Positions 13,201 to 25,428 of a stretch of DNA of 64,000 nucleotides are shown here, one piece after another. The DNA comes from Octopus sinensis (lineage: Eukaryota): positions 171,926,001 through 171,990,000 of the forward strand of contig NC_042997.1 of NCBI RefSeq assembly GCF_006345805.1. The letters are read 5' to 3'. A model generated the notes under the pieces. That model was not told the origin of the DNA. It saw only the letters and a program-made list of their open reading frames with translations, and made no database searches. The position numbers and the translations under genes were made by a program. How positions within the stretch are numbered: position 1 is the stretch's first letter; each line of letters opens with the position of its first letter.

Positions 13201-14470
13201 TGACCAGCTGAAATCAGTTGGTGGTTCATATATTTGGTTGATAGACTTAATTTAACACCTGGGTTAACACCATGATCATCTTGAAATCATATGATCGCAA
13301 GGTTTGATATTACTGCACCGTATCTTACTGCAAGCATCTCAGTATCTTGCACAAGTGCCTGTCACCATAGACTCATATTGTGAGTGAAATTGGAAAAAGG
13401 AAAGTTGTGCAAATGTGTATCAAATGCACTGTTTCTATTCTTGAATTTCAGGACAGATTGTAAGCATTCAAACTGGTTCTCCAGTCAGAAGACATCTTTT
13501 CTCCTTTCTCACTGTAATTTTGGATGTCCTGAAAAATGTTTATTTTGGGGCACAAGTATGACTGAGTGATAAGAAGTTTGCATCCCAGCCACACAGTTTC
13601 AGGTTCAGTCCCACTATGTGGTATTTTGGGCAAGTGACTTCTACTATAGCCCTGGGATAATCAAAGCTCAAGTGCAGATGTATTTTGCTATAGCCTTGGG
13701 CTGACCAAAGCCTTGTGAGTGGATTCAGTAGAAAGAAAATTAAATACGTCTGGCGTGTAAAAAGCACCATTCAAGCGTGGTTGATACCAATATTGCCTGA
13801 CTGGCCCTCATGCCAGTGGCACGTAAAAAGTACCTATGACGTTCTTGAAGTGATTGACATTAGGAAGAGCATCCAGCTGTAGAAACCCTGTCAGATTAGA
13901 TTGGAGCCTGGTACAGCCTTCTGTCTTGCCAGTCCAATCCATGCCAGCATGGAAAGCAGATGTTTAACAACAAAGACGATGATAATGATATATATATATA
14001 GGGATAATTCACGAAAAAAACAAAAGATGAAGACAGGTGGAGTAGAAAACAAACAGATGTATTAGTATAATGCTCAGAAATTGAAAAAGTCTTTTATGTT
14101 TCGAGCCTATGCTCTTCTATGGAAAGAAACACAGAAAGAAACAAGGAGAGAAAAAAATGAAAAAATGTGTGTAGTGGCTACTGATATATATATATATAGT
14201 GTAATAAATAAAATATATGCATACATACATACATATATGTACGTACCTACATCTACATGTATATATACATGCATATATGAATATATATACGTGAGTACAG
14301 GACACCACAAATAGACGTAGAACTCAACGAGAAACGAAAACGTAAAAACAAGCATGGAACAGACATTATTTTACAACGCAAAACAGAGTACAAGACAAAC
14401 TACACAAGGAAAAATCCCCTTCATTAGCTGTCCCTAGTTCAACTCCAGCGTGTTTCGAAGGTGAGGACAG

Positions 14471-14501
<31 letters not shown>

Positions 14502-14765
14502 TATATATATACACACACATACATATATATATATATACATACGTATGTGTGTGTGTGTGCTTGTGTTTGTTTATATTCCCATAACTAACCAATTCAGCCA
14601 AAGAGATCAATGGAATAAGGGTGAGACTTTAGAAAAATAAGTACAGGAGTTGATTCCTTTGACTAATATCATTAAGGTGGTGCTCCACTGACTGAAACAA
14701 ATAAAACAAGAAAATTGCAGATACTGGTGTCAAAGGTGGCATCATACAGTTCTATATATGTGGGG

Positions 14766-15141
14766 AAAGCACTCCGTCGGTTACAACGACGAGGGTTCCG
14801 GTTGATCCGATCAACGGAACAGCCTGCTCGTGAAATTTACGTGTAAGTGGCTGAGCACTCCACAGACACGTGCACCCTTAACGTAGTTCTCGGGGATATT
14901 CAGCGTGACACAGAGAGTGACAAGGCCGGCCCTTTAAAATACAGGTACAACAGAAACAGGAAGTAAGAGTGAGAGAAAGTTGTGGTGAAAGAGTACAGCA
15001 GGGATCACCACCATCCCTGCCGGAGCCTCGTGGAGCTTTAGGTGTTTTCGCTCAATAAACACTCACAACGCCCGGTCTGGGAATCGAAACCGCGATCCAA
15101 CGACCGCGAGTCCGCTGCCCTAACCACTGGGCCATTGCGCC
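14766..15141 (-). mobile_element. tRNA-derived SINE (family C), full length and apparently young
   Basis: Head ggcgcaatggcccagtggttagggcagcggactcgcgg...ggtttcgattccc with A and B boxes and intact CpGs. Tail fragment also at 54207-54262; head shared with 20055-20330. Confidence 0.8.
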
Positions 15142-15322
15142 TTCTATGTATAAGAGATGAGGAATTATGTACATTATTTACATTATTTACATTCGACGTA
15201 TATTTGTCCTCATCTTGTTTGTTGTTAACACAACGTTTCGGCTGATATACCCTCCAGCCTTCTTCAGGTGTCTCGGGGAAATTTCGAACCTGGGTTCTCA
15301 TTCCTAAGGTATTTTTCGATGT
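15142..15322 (-). mobile_element. Penelope-LTR-like repeat with hammerhead (15227-15272)
   Basis: GACAC-CUGAAGA-A-GGCUG(GAGGGUAUAU)CAGCC-GAAA-CG-UU-GUGUU. The same repeat follows the GIY-YIG remnant, at 35449-35613. Confidence 0.7.
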
Positions 15323-15324
15323 TA

Positions 15325-15684
15325 TAAAATTTTAGGAAAATAAAAATGAGAAATAAGTGGAAATTTTACCGGTGAATGTGTTACATTATAAGGCACAAAA
15401 AGAAAATGACTCTCCCCAGACACAACAGAATATGGTAGTTATATTTTTTTGTTAACATGATAGGTTAGATAGGATGATGTCTATATTACAATATTAAAAT
15501 AACCAATAATATGTTGTGCATGTAGAGTAATATTATGATCAAGAAATTAGCATTAGCTTATCTCAGTCTTTCTTGTGGAACCCCTAGGAAGCTTTTGTGG
15601 AACCCCTAGGAAGCTTTTGTGGAACCCCTAGGAAGCTTTTGTGGAACCCTAGGGTTTCGGGGCAACCCCAGCTGAGAAACACTG
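15325..15684 (+). mobile_element. hAT/Charlie-like terminus with 22 bp tandem repeat
   Basis: Ends ...gctgagaaacactg, the reverse complement of a CAGTGTTTCTCA terminus. (ttgtggaacccctaggaagctt) repeated about 3.5 times at 15573-15652. Confidence 0.6.
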
Positions 15685-16375
15685 CGTTACACACTCACAC
15701 ACATACATTCCGCATAAAGAATCTAAGCAACAGGACAAACTAAAAACACACAACTGTCTACACAGAATCTTAGAGGAAGCCTCAACATGGTTTCTCAATC
15801 TACTAGAAATAGCAGCCATATTATTGCAATGTTACTGATCATAGTTATGCTCATTAAAACTAAAGAGAAACAAAACCACTACCAGCAGCAGCAGCAGCAG
15901 CAGCAGCACCACCACCACCACCACCACCACCACCACCGCCACCAACAACAACAACAACAGCAGCAACAACAACTCAAGTGACTCCTTGCCCCGCCCCTAC
16001 ATCTGAAATTATGCTGTTAAACATTGACTTGACCTTGCAGCATATAAATTATAGGGTAAGCCAACACTGTACAGTCTCTTCTGACATTAACAATAGCCAC
16101 AGTAATAACAAAAGAAGTGAAAATGGTGGTGGGCAGGCTGTTCCCTAAAACCACTTTTGGCAGATAGTGATCAGTTGATAATTTCCCTAAGGCTCACTTT
16201 TATTTATTGATTTATTTACTTGGGTCACCAAATTCAGGTTGCCAGTCTGCCACTTTGGCAGCTAGTCTGTTTTATTCCCTCTCCCACTCTCTCTCCCCCT
16301 CTCTCTCTCTCTCTCTCTCACATACACACACACTGTGTATATATACTTATCTATCTGTCTATGTATCATCTGCTC

Positions 16376-16423
<48 letters not shown>

Positions 16424-16478
16424 CTATCTATCTATCTATCTATCAATCTTTCTCCCCCCCTCTCTCTCTCTCTCTCTC

Positions 16479-16517
<39 letters not shown>

Positions 16518-16984
16518 ATATATTAGTCTGTCTGTCGTTCTATTTGCCTTTTGTACTTGATATCTAAAGAAATTTATATAAGTAAAATAAATGGTTTTCA
16601 GTAACAAAGAGAGGGGGGAGAGGGGAGAGCGGGGAAAGAGGAGAGAGGTAGAGAGGGGAGAGAGGGGGAAAGAGAGAATCTTATTAGTCCATCTTCAATT
16701 TTCAAACAGGAAAGAAAAAAAACATGTGCCTCGCCATGAACTGACAAAGCTAGAAGTATGTCAGAAAAATATTATTAATGAGAATCATTAGTGTGCTGAA
16801 TAAAATATCTAATAGTATTTTAGTTAAGACCCTTTAAATTCTGAATTCAAATTCTGTTGAGATCCACTTTGCATGTCATCCTTCCAGGAGCAATAAAATA
16901 TAGAAAGCACCAATCAGGTACAGGGTCCAATTTAATCAACCATAATGCAGTCTCAAAATTTGCAGCTTTGGGCCAATATTAAGG

Positions 16985-17312
16985 ACATCCTTTGGTCATG
17001 AATGACCATGGGATTGCACTGAGCAAGTTCCCCTCCAAGGCAAGGTTGTTTATAGAAGACCAGCAGTCGCCCATGCAAATCAACCTCTCCTCTCCATGCC
17101 ACCAATGTTGTCCAATACAGCTTGGACAATACACCTTGTCCAATACAGCTTGGTGCCAGTGATGTCACAACTCATTTCTACGGCTGAGTGAACTGGAGCA
17201 ACATGAAATAAAGTGACTTGCTCTAGGACACAACATACTTTCCAGTCTGGGAATTGAATTCACTACCTCATGATTGTGAGCCCAACGTTTTAACCACTAA
17301 GTCATGTGCCTT
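16985..17312 (-). mobile_element. tRNA-derived SINE (family E)
   Basis: aaggcacatgacttagtggtt A box, ttcaattccc B box, CORE-like tgtgtcctagagcaagtcactt. Confidence 0.65.
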
Positions 17313-17924
17313 CACCATACCAATATTACAAATCAATATATTCTTTTATATTCGATATCCCAAACCCACACAGTGTGTCAGCTCTGTCTTTTATCTCTCA
17401 GAGCAATACCACATCACTTCCCTTTCAACAATTGGTCTTTATGCTTTAGTAAGAAATCATTAAACTAACTCAACCAAACAGAAAGGACCATCATAAATCT
17501 TGCCATTCACAAATTCAAGATAACCACCATATAGTTCCAAAGAAGTCTTAAACATATAATGATTATTAACACAACTATTCTTTTACATCAGTCATTTCCT
17601 TGGAATCTGGATTTTACCCTTATTCTTAATCAGAATCATGTTTTCATTTTCAAGCGTGTACTTTTAATATGTCAGACTAACAGACTAATTCTCTAATCAT
17701 ATAAATTCTAGCAGGAATTTATTTGCTGAAGTCATGGAGTCATGTATACAGTTAACAAGACATTCCATAATTCCGATATTAAATTATTCCAATAGTTTTC
17801 AAATGTATTTGTGTGGTTTCTCTAGATGGCCAAGAAAACAATTAGCTTCATCCTCTTCCTTCTTCTCCTTCTTTTCCTCATTGCTGTTGATTTTATTACT
17901 ATAATAATAATAATAATAATAATG

Positions 17925-17973
<49 letters not shown>

Positions 17974-17974
17974 C

Positions 17975-18508
17975 AATGCCCTGATGCAGAACCAGGCAGT
18001 GAGTTTCCATGGTTTCTCATCTTAACTGATTGGAAGTGTTATCATGTACATTGTTTTGTCTTGGTATAAAAGATGGGCTACAGCAAATATTCTGCTCAAT
18101 ACCACAGATTTGCTTGTCAGTTGATTGACCATAATTAGCTGAGCATGTCCTTTAGTGGCTGATGATATGTACAACTCTGATCACAAGCAGAAGCAGTGGG
18201 GGAACATTGTAGCCATGTGTTGAGAGAAATTCTTAGAGGTTTGGATAATTCACCTCCGGAAACATGGGTGTTTTGTTCAACATCCTTAAACAACAATGGG
18301 ATGGGATACTTGACCTAAAAAAAATTCTAACTGGGCCTCCACCTGCACGGTCATGTGCTGTTTATGTTGATTTGAGATCACCATGTCGTGCACATGTAAT
18401 GCATGTGCCTGGTGTACCCTTATCAGATGGGTAGTCATGATGGGTATACTGAGCTTCGTTTATTTCACCCCAGTACCATTTTGATGAAATGCAGTGCGCT
18501 CTCACTCA
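17975..18508 (-). mobile_element. ~550 bp non-coding element in (AAT)n
   Basis: Inverted copy of 25428-25981; both copies have (AAT/ATT)n on both sides. Confidence 0.75.
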
Positions 18509-18519
18509 ACAACAACAAC

Positions 18520-18551
<32 letters not shown>

Positions 18552-18559
18552 TAATAATT

Positions 18560-18795
18560 AATTTTTTTATTGGCCACAAGGGCTGACAAAAATTAATTAT
18601 AACATAAAGGGACAAAACACAGGACGAAAGTTACAAAGGGTTTTGTCCGTTTGTAAAATCTGAGAAAAAACAGTTTAACAATGAAAAAACTCCGAATAAG
18701 GGGAGGTGATATAATAATAATAAACACATACTCAAGGCACACAGAGCTGCGCTCGGTAGTGAAGAGAAAGCACACTATAAAAATGAAATTACTGA
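18560..18795 (-). mobile_element. LINE 3' UTR fragment (L1/Tx1-like, tentative)
   Basis: Minus strand ends agcccttgtggccaataaaaaaaaattaattatt; similar tail at 32361-32520(+). Confidence 0.45.
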
Positions 18796-19076
18796 ATAAT
18801 AATAATAACAACAATAATCCTTCCTGCTATAGACACAAGGCCAACAATTTCAGGGAGGGAAAAAGTTGGTTACAACCTCAGTATTCAACTGGTACTTATT
18901 TTATTGAGCTCAAAAGGATGAAAGGTAAAATCAACCTTGGCAAAATTTGAATTAAAAATGTGAAGATGGACAAAATACTGCTTGCTGAGTTAACAATTCT
19001 GCCAGCTTGCCATGTTAAGCGTTTCAACTGCCTCCCCAAGGATTTTGCCAATGCACCACTCTAATAGTTGTTATGA

Positions 19077-19108
<32 letters not shown>

Positions 19109-19674
19109 CTGCTGTTGTTGTTGTTAAGCAAAACTTTGGTCGTCTTGTTGTAGTCGAGGTCTCTTCGTTGATGCCCGATACTACTGGGAGGTGGCCCTCG
19201 AAGTCACTGGAAATGGAGATCTTCAGCTCCAAGTTCTTGAACGGCTGCTGCTGCTGCTGCTGCTGGTGCTGGTGGTGCTGGTGGTGATGATGATGATAAT
19301 GATGATGATAAAAAGAGTAAAAATGATTTTAAAATCCAGTATGAATGCATGAAATCTAGTCACTGCAATGAATATCTGGGCAGTTGCAGTGGTTAGATAT
19401 AGTGCATCCATTCTCAGATGAACTGAAAATGAGAAATCAAAGTTAGATTGAAAGACAAGAAAGTTAATGACATTGTATGGGCCTTTACAATCTAAATCAA
19501 ATATAAATCTAAAGCAAATATAAATACATGAAGAGAAAAAATAGTGGCAGAGGTATCATCTGTGTGGAGTATTGTATAAAATGTGAAAGGCGAATACTTG
19601 CAGAATATTTGCTAAACAGTGATGAAGAGGTGCTGCAATATGCAAAAGAAGACATGAGTATAAATGCAGATGAA

Positions 19675-19876
19675 ATTTCGAGATGCTTTGTGTTTCTTTC
19701 AGTTATTTTAAATATAACAAATAATTCAGTAAAATAACTTAGTTATCATTAAGTTAGTGTTAGGAAGATAAACTGTGACTAAGGTTCAGTGGAAGATTTT
19801 AATTCAAAACTTATGAAAACAAGACATTTGTACTACAGATTCAGAGCTGGTTTCAGCCAGGTTGGTAATGAAAGGG
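19675..19876 (-). mobile_element. piggyBac-like MITE, one end truncated
   Basis: Reverse complement of 50809-51034; ends aaaggg-TTAA. Confidence 0.75.
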
Positions 19877-20054
19877 TTAACCAAAGAGTTGAAGAGAAGA
19901 GAAAAGATCTGAAAATGAGAATGCCTGGTCAGTGTAAAAGTGATACACAGTATATCAAGGACATGGTTTAAGCAAGTCAGTTTGAACAAGGCACTGAAAG
20001 TTTTGTAATTTCAGTACAAGACCAATACAGTGAAGTATTTTATTTATTTATTTA

Positions 20055-20330
20055 TATGCCCTTTTCAAGCCTAGCCAGGCTCATAGGCCCAGTTTCCCAG
20101 TTTCTATGGTGTATGTGTTCCCACCAGCTGGACGGGATGCCAGTAAATCACAGCATTACTCAAGAAACAGGAAGAAAGAGTGAGAGAAAGTTGGGGTGGA
20201 AGAGTACAACAGGGGTCATCACCACCCCCTGCTGGAGCTTCTTGGAGCTTTAGGTATTTTTGCTCAATAAACACACACAACGCCCAGTCTAGGAATTGAA
20301 ACCGCAATCCTCCGTCTGTGAACAATGAAG
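20055..20330 (-). mobile_element. Chimeric tRNA SINE (family C head, family E-type tail)
   Basis: 20165-20310 matches 14955-15095; 20075-20150 matches 9565-9635. Confidence 0.6.
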
Positions 20331-21210
20331 TATAACATCTATAAAATTTCTGACACCCAGAAATGCAGAACGTGGAAACTGTAACCCATTTGGTAAATGG
20401 ATGTGAAAGCCTTGCACAAAAAGAATACAAGCAACGCCATGATAAAGTTTGTTTGTACCTTCAATGGCTTTTATTTTGTAAATGCTAGTATGAAGTAACA
20501 AAGAATTGGTATGAGCAGGTGCCTAGTAATGTAATGCATGACGAAGGGAAAGCAATGATATTCTGAGATTACAATTTTCTAATTGATAGAGTAATTGCGC
20601 ATCGCTGCCTGAATGTGGTTGTGTAGAACAAGAGAGACAAATGCTGTCAAATCATTGACATAACCATGCCAAATGACATGAATATCTTTAATAAAGTGGT
20701 TTTAAAAAATCACCAAGTACTTCAAACTGAAAGTGGAATTAGAATGACAATTTGGAATACAAGAGGGTAATGAAAAGGTGATATCAGCTGTAATTGGGGT
20801 CATTAGGATCAAAACCCTTGAAACTTCAAGACTTCTTAAAGCAGTTGGGAATACTATTCAAGATTGGTGTCATACAAAAATAAGCCTTTTTAAGTACTGC
20901 ACACATTTTAAGGAAAGTATTACCTGTCTGAGGTTCTTGATGTGTCTTGACAGAAGATTAAATACTCTGGTGCATTTTGCATAATAATTCTTTATACTAT
21001 CCTTTTATTTGTTTCAGTCATTTGACTGTGGCCATGCTGGAGCACCAACTTTAGTTGAAGAAATCGACCCCAGGACTCATTCTTTGTAAGTCTAGCACTT
21101 ATTCTATCGGTCTCTTCTGCTAAGTTATGGGAATGTAAACACATCAGCATCGGTTGTCAAGCAATGGTGGGGGACAAACACAGGCACACAAACATATAAA
21201 TATATATATA

Positions 21211-24200
21211 TGCAAATAATCTTATGATTTGCAACACTAACTTCAGGAAACCTACCAGCCATCTAGTCACTTACCAATCGGGCCAACATACCAGCCAAAT
21301 TGACTACATCCTTACAAGGCAAAGGGAGAGATGGCTGCTTATAAATGCCAAAACCTTCCCAGGTGAAGAATGTACCCCACAACATAGACTGGTAGTTAGT
21401 GACTTTAGGATCAGGACTAGGAGGACAACCAGAAGACGACAAATATGGAGAAGAAGGATCTGGAAGCTTAAAGATCCTGCAAATGGACAGAGATTTAGGG
21501 ACATATTACTTGAAGCCTCTGACGAAGTAGAAGGGGATAGAGCATCACAGGGGGTAGAAGACAGCTGGACGTTTCTAAGGGACAACCTGCTGAGAGCCAC
21601 TGACCAGATCTGTGGCTGGTGCAAAGTCCCCTCTCGACCTAGAATAACGTGGTGGTGGAACAATATTGTAGACAGGGCTATTAGAGAAAAGAGACAGGCT
21701 TGGAAGGTCTGGAAAAATGGGGGTAGCAGGGGATTGTATCAGACTGCCAAAAGAGAAGCTAGGAGACAGGTTTATTTAGCCAGAGGGGAAGCAGATAAGA
21801 AAAAATTTGCCAATGTTCTGCGCCGTGAGGACCAAAGACTGGAGGTGTTTCGTGTTGCAAGACAGTGTGTGAGAGAGAATCGTGATGTGGTAGGAGAGAA
21901 GTGTGTTCGCATGGAAGATGGTTCACTTGCGCTAAATGAGGATGCAAAGAGAGAGGTTTGGAGATGCCACTATGAAAGGTTGCTGAATGAAGAAAATGAA
22001 TGGGATAAAGAGAGTCTGCCGAATGTTGACCCTACAGAGGGACCAGCTATCCGAGTTGATAGTTCCGTGGTAGCTAAGGCAATTAGAAGCATGAAGACAG
22101 GGAAAGCCCCAGGCCCATCAGGAATCACTGCAGAGATGCTCAAAATGTCTGGTAGTGTCGGCTATAGCCTAGTCACCCGTATAGTTAATCAGGTGATACA
22201 CAAAGGGGTCATACCCAATGACTGGTGTAGCAGTATAATAGTCAACTGCTACAAAGGTAAAGGTGATGCCCTAGATACAAATAACTACAGAGGTATCAAG
22301 CTGTTGGACCAGGTGATGAAGGTTACGGAGAGGGTCATAGCCCAACTAATTAGAGAGAGAGTTAGTTTAGATGAGATGCAGTTTGGGTTTGTGCCAGGGA
22401 AAAGTACTACTGATGCTATATTCCTGGTAAGGCAGCTGCAGGAGAAATACCTAGCCAAAGATAAGCCCCTGTACCTGGCTTTTGTTGACATGGAGAAAGC
22501 CTTCGACAGGGTCCCCCGATCCCTTATCTGGTGGGCAATGAGGAAACTAGGGATAGATGAATGGTTAGTGAGAGCTGTGCGGGCCATGTACAGGGACGCC
22601 GCTAGTAGGGTGAGGGTTGGAAATGTGTACAGTGAAGAATTCCGGGTAGAGGTAGGAGTCCACCAAGGCTCAGTACTCAGCCCCCTCCTATTTATCATAG
22701 TCCTCCAGGCAATAACGGAGGAATTCAAGACAGGATGCCCTTGGGAGCTCCTCTATGCTGATGACCTTGCTCTAATTGCTGAGTCGCTATCAGAACTGGA
22801 GGAGAAGTTTCAGGTGTGGAAACAAGGATTAGAATCGAAGGGCCTCAGAGTCAATCTAGCTAAAACCAAAGTCGTAATCAGTAGGAAGGTAGACAAATCA
22901 CAAACACCTTCAGGTAGATGGCCCTGCTCGATCTGTAGAAAAGGTGTAGGTAGAAACTCTATAAGATGCACCAAGTGTAAGCTATGGACACATAAGAGAT
23001 GAAGCAATGTCAAAGGAAGGCTAACTAGGAAGATGGTTTTTGTATGTGGCAGATGCTCAGGAACAATAAACACTGAAAATGCTCTGAGACCAACTTCCGT
23101 CACTTTCCAGGGAGAAAAACTAGAAATAGTTGATAGTTTCCGTTACCTAGGTGACCAAGTCAGCAGCGGGGGCGGGTGTGCTGAAAGTGTAACTGCTAGA
23201 GTAAGAATAGCTTGGGCAAAGTTCAGAGAGCTCTTACCTCTGCTGGTGACAAAAGGCCTCTCGCACAGAGTGAAAGGCAGACTGTATGATGCGTGTGTAC
23301 GAACAGCCATGCTACATGGCAGTGAAACATGGGCCGTGACTGCTGAGGATATGCGTAAGCTTGCTAGAAATGAAGCCAGTATGCTCCGATGGATGTGTAA
23401 TGCGGGTACTCACACTCGGCAGAGTGTAAGTACCTTGAGGGAAAAGCTGGACCTAAGAAGCATCAGTTGTGGTGTGCAAGAGAGACGTTTGCGCTGGTAT
23501 GGTCATGTGGCGAGAATGGATGAAGATAGTTGTGTGAAAAAGTGCCACACCCTAGCGGTTGAGGGAACCTGTGGAAGAGGCAGACCCAGGAAAACCTGGG
23601 ACGAGGTGGTGAAGCACGACCTTCGAACTTTAGGTCTCACTGAGGAAATGACTAGAGACCGAGACCTCTGGAAGTGTGCTGTGCGCGAGAAGACCCGGCA
23701 GGACAAGTGAGTCCATAACCCGTGGCCTTCTACATGGGATGGAGCCAGCCTACGTATGCATACCTTCCCTTCTTGGGACACAAAACTCTACTTGTGAAGA
23801 CGTGATGAGGCAAGTGAGGATCAGAATCGAAATCGATCAATGGAAATTGCGGATGTGCTACCAGTGCCGGTGGCATGTCAAAACTCTGCTTGTGAAGACC
23901 CGTTGAGGCAAGTGACGATCAGAATCGAAATCGATCAATGGAAATCAATCAATGGAAATTGCAGATGTGTTACCAGTGCCGGTGGCATGTAAGAGAACTT
24001 TCCGTTTCGCGACCGTTGCCAGCACCGCCCCGTTTCGTGTCCGTTGCCAGCCTCGCCTGGCACATAAAAAGCACCATCCGTTCGTGGCCGTTTGCCAGCT
24101 CTGTCTGGCACCAGTGCGGGTGGCACGTAAAAAGCACCCACTACACTCACGGAGTGGTTGGCGTTAGGAAGGGCATCCAGCCGTAGAAACACTGCCAGAT

Positions 24201-24307
24201 TTGACTGGGCCTGATGAAGCCTTCTGGCTTCACAGACCCCAGTAGAACCGTCCAACCCATGCTAGCATGGAAAACGGACGCTAAACGATGATGATGATGA
24301 TGATGAT
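21211..24307 (+). mobile_element. RTE-clade LINE, 5'-truncated, inserted in a family B SINE
   Basis: End of an APE endonuclease (SQIDYIL...QHRLV), RT domain, 3' UTR with internal repeats and a (GAT)n tail. The flanks 21000-21210 and 24320-24492 are the two halves of one minus-strand SINE. Confidence 0.95.
21224..23710 (+). pseudogene. LINE endonuclease-reverse transcriptase ORF with one in-frame stop (23000-23002)
   Basis: ORFs 21224..23002 and 23033..23710 are in the same frame. Motifs KAPGPSG, NYRGIKLL, QFGF, DMEKAFD, GVHQGSVLSPLLF, YADD, FRYLG, RRLRWYGHV, RGRPRKTW. Confidence 0.93.
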
Positions 24308-24924
24308 ATATATATATAGATAGATAGATATATATATATGATGGGCTTCTTTCAGTTTCTGTCTACCAAATCCACTCACAAGACTTTGGTCATCCTGAGG
24401 ATATAGTAGAAGACACTTGCCCAAGGTTCCATGCAGTGGGACTGAACCCAGAACCACATAGTTAGTAGCCAAGCTACTTAGCACATAGCCCCTCATGAAA
24501 TTTATTTGTAAGGGCAGGCACTATTTGATAACATTGACCCCAGTACTTGACTGGTACTTATTTCACCAACTCCAAAAAGATGAAAGGCAGTCAACCTCAG
24601 CAGAATTTGAACTCAGAACCATAAGAATGGATGAATTGCTGCCAAGCATTTTGCCCAGTTTACTAATGTTTCTGCCAGCTTGCCACCATATAATGATAAT
24701 TATTATTATTGTTGTTATTATTATTATTAATATCATTATTGTTGTTGTTGTTGTTGTTGTTGTTGTTATTATTATTATTATTCCACTGAGGTCAACTTTA
24801 CTTTTCATTCTTTCAGGATCGATAAAGTAAGAAGTACTGGGGTCGATGTAATTGATTATCCTCCCTTCCCAAATTCTAGGCCTTGTGCCTATAGTGGAAA
24901 GGATTATCATTATTGTTATTGTTA

Positions 24925-24970
<46 letters not shown>

Positions 24971-25000
24971 CATTATCATCATCATCATCATTATTATTTA

Positions 25001-25352
25001 AGGCAGCGAGCTGACAGAATCATTATCACATCATCATCATCATCATTGTTTGACCGTGGTCGAGACAATGGAATTTACCAAGCTACGCCAGACTTCACGG
25101 TCCATCATGGCATTACGGAGGTCCTGTTGCTAGATGCCTGTATCCCTGGAGATTACATCAGGGTAGGAGAGTGTGTGCCCTCCACGCCAGGCAAAATGCT
25201 TAGAGGCATTTTGTCTGTCACCACGTTCTGAGTTCAAATACTTTTCATCCTTTCGGGGTCGATAAAATAAGTACCAGTTGAGTACTGTTGTTGATGTAAT
25301 TGACTTACACCTTCCCCCAAAATTTCAGGTCTTATGCCTATAGTAGAAAGGA
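25001..25352 (+). mobile_element. tRNA SINE (family A) interrupted by an RTE 3' fragment (25030-25182, minus)
   Basis: SINE head aggcagcgagctgacagaatcattatCAC | insert | CACgccaggcaaaatgcttag. Confidence 0.75.
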
Positions 25353-25377
25353 TTATTATTATTATTATTGTTATTGA

Positions 25378-25427
<50 letters not shown>

Positions 25428-25428
<1 letters not shown>

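Larger units (their letters stand above)
19330..20960 (+). mobile_element. R4/Dong-type retrotransposon remnant with nested MITE and SINE
   Basis: Degenerate AMNIWAVAVVRYSA (RT C-terminal region), ETVTHLVNGCESLAQKEYKQRHDKV (CCHC knuckle/RHD) and RLE-like segments; many stops. Confidence 0.75.

Noticed and set aside
12352-13229. NQPT/LVGW repeat proteins
   Set aside because: Translations of (TTGG)n.
14420-14462. Permuted hammerhead on the minus strand (GAAACACGC...CUAAUGA)
   Set aside because: The core is mutated and stems I and III do not form convincingly.
15065-15141. Functional tRNA gene
   Set aside because: No complete cloverleaf or terminator; it continues into a SINE body.
15573-15652. 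CRISPR-like 22 bp repeats
   Set aside because: No spacers; a simple tandem repeat near a hAT end in eukaryotic DNA.
24203-24240. CTGATGA followed by a hairpin in the RTE 3' UTR (also at about 61028) as a hammerhead
   Set aside because: No GAAA after the stem and no stem III or UH site; other copies read ctggtgca.
21304-24255. Antisense and overlapping ORFs of 60-150 aa
   Set aside because: Shadows of the LINE ORF and its GC-richer UTR.
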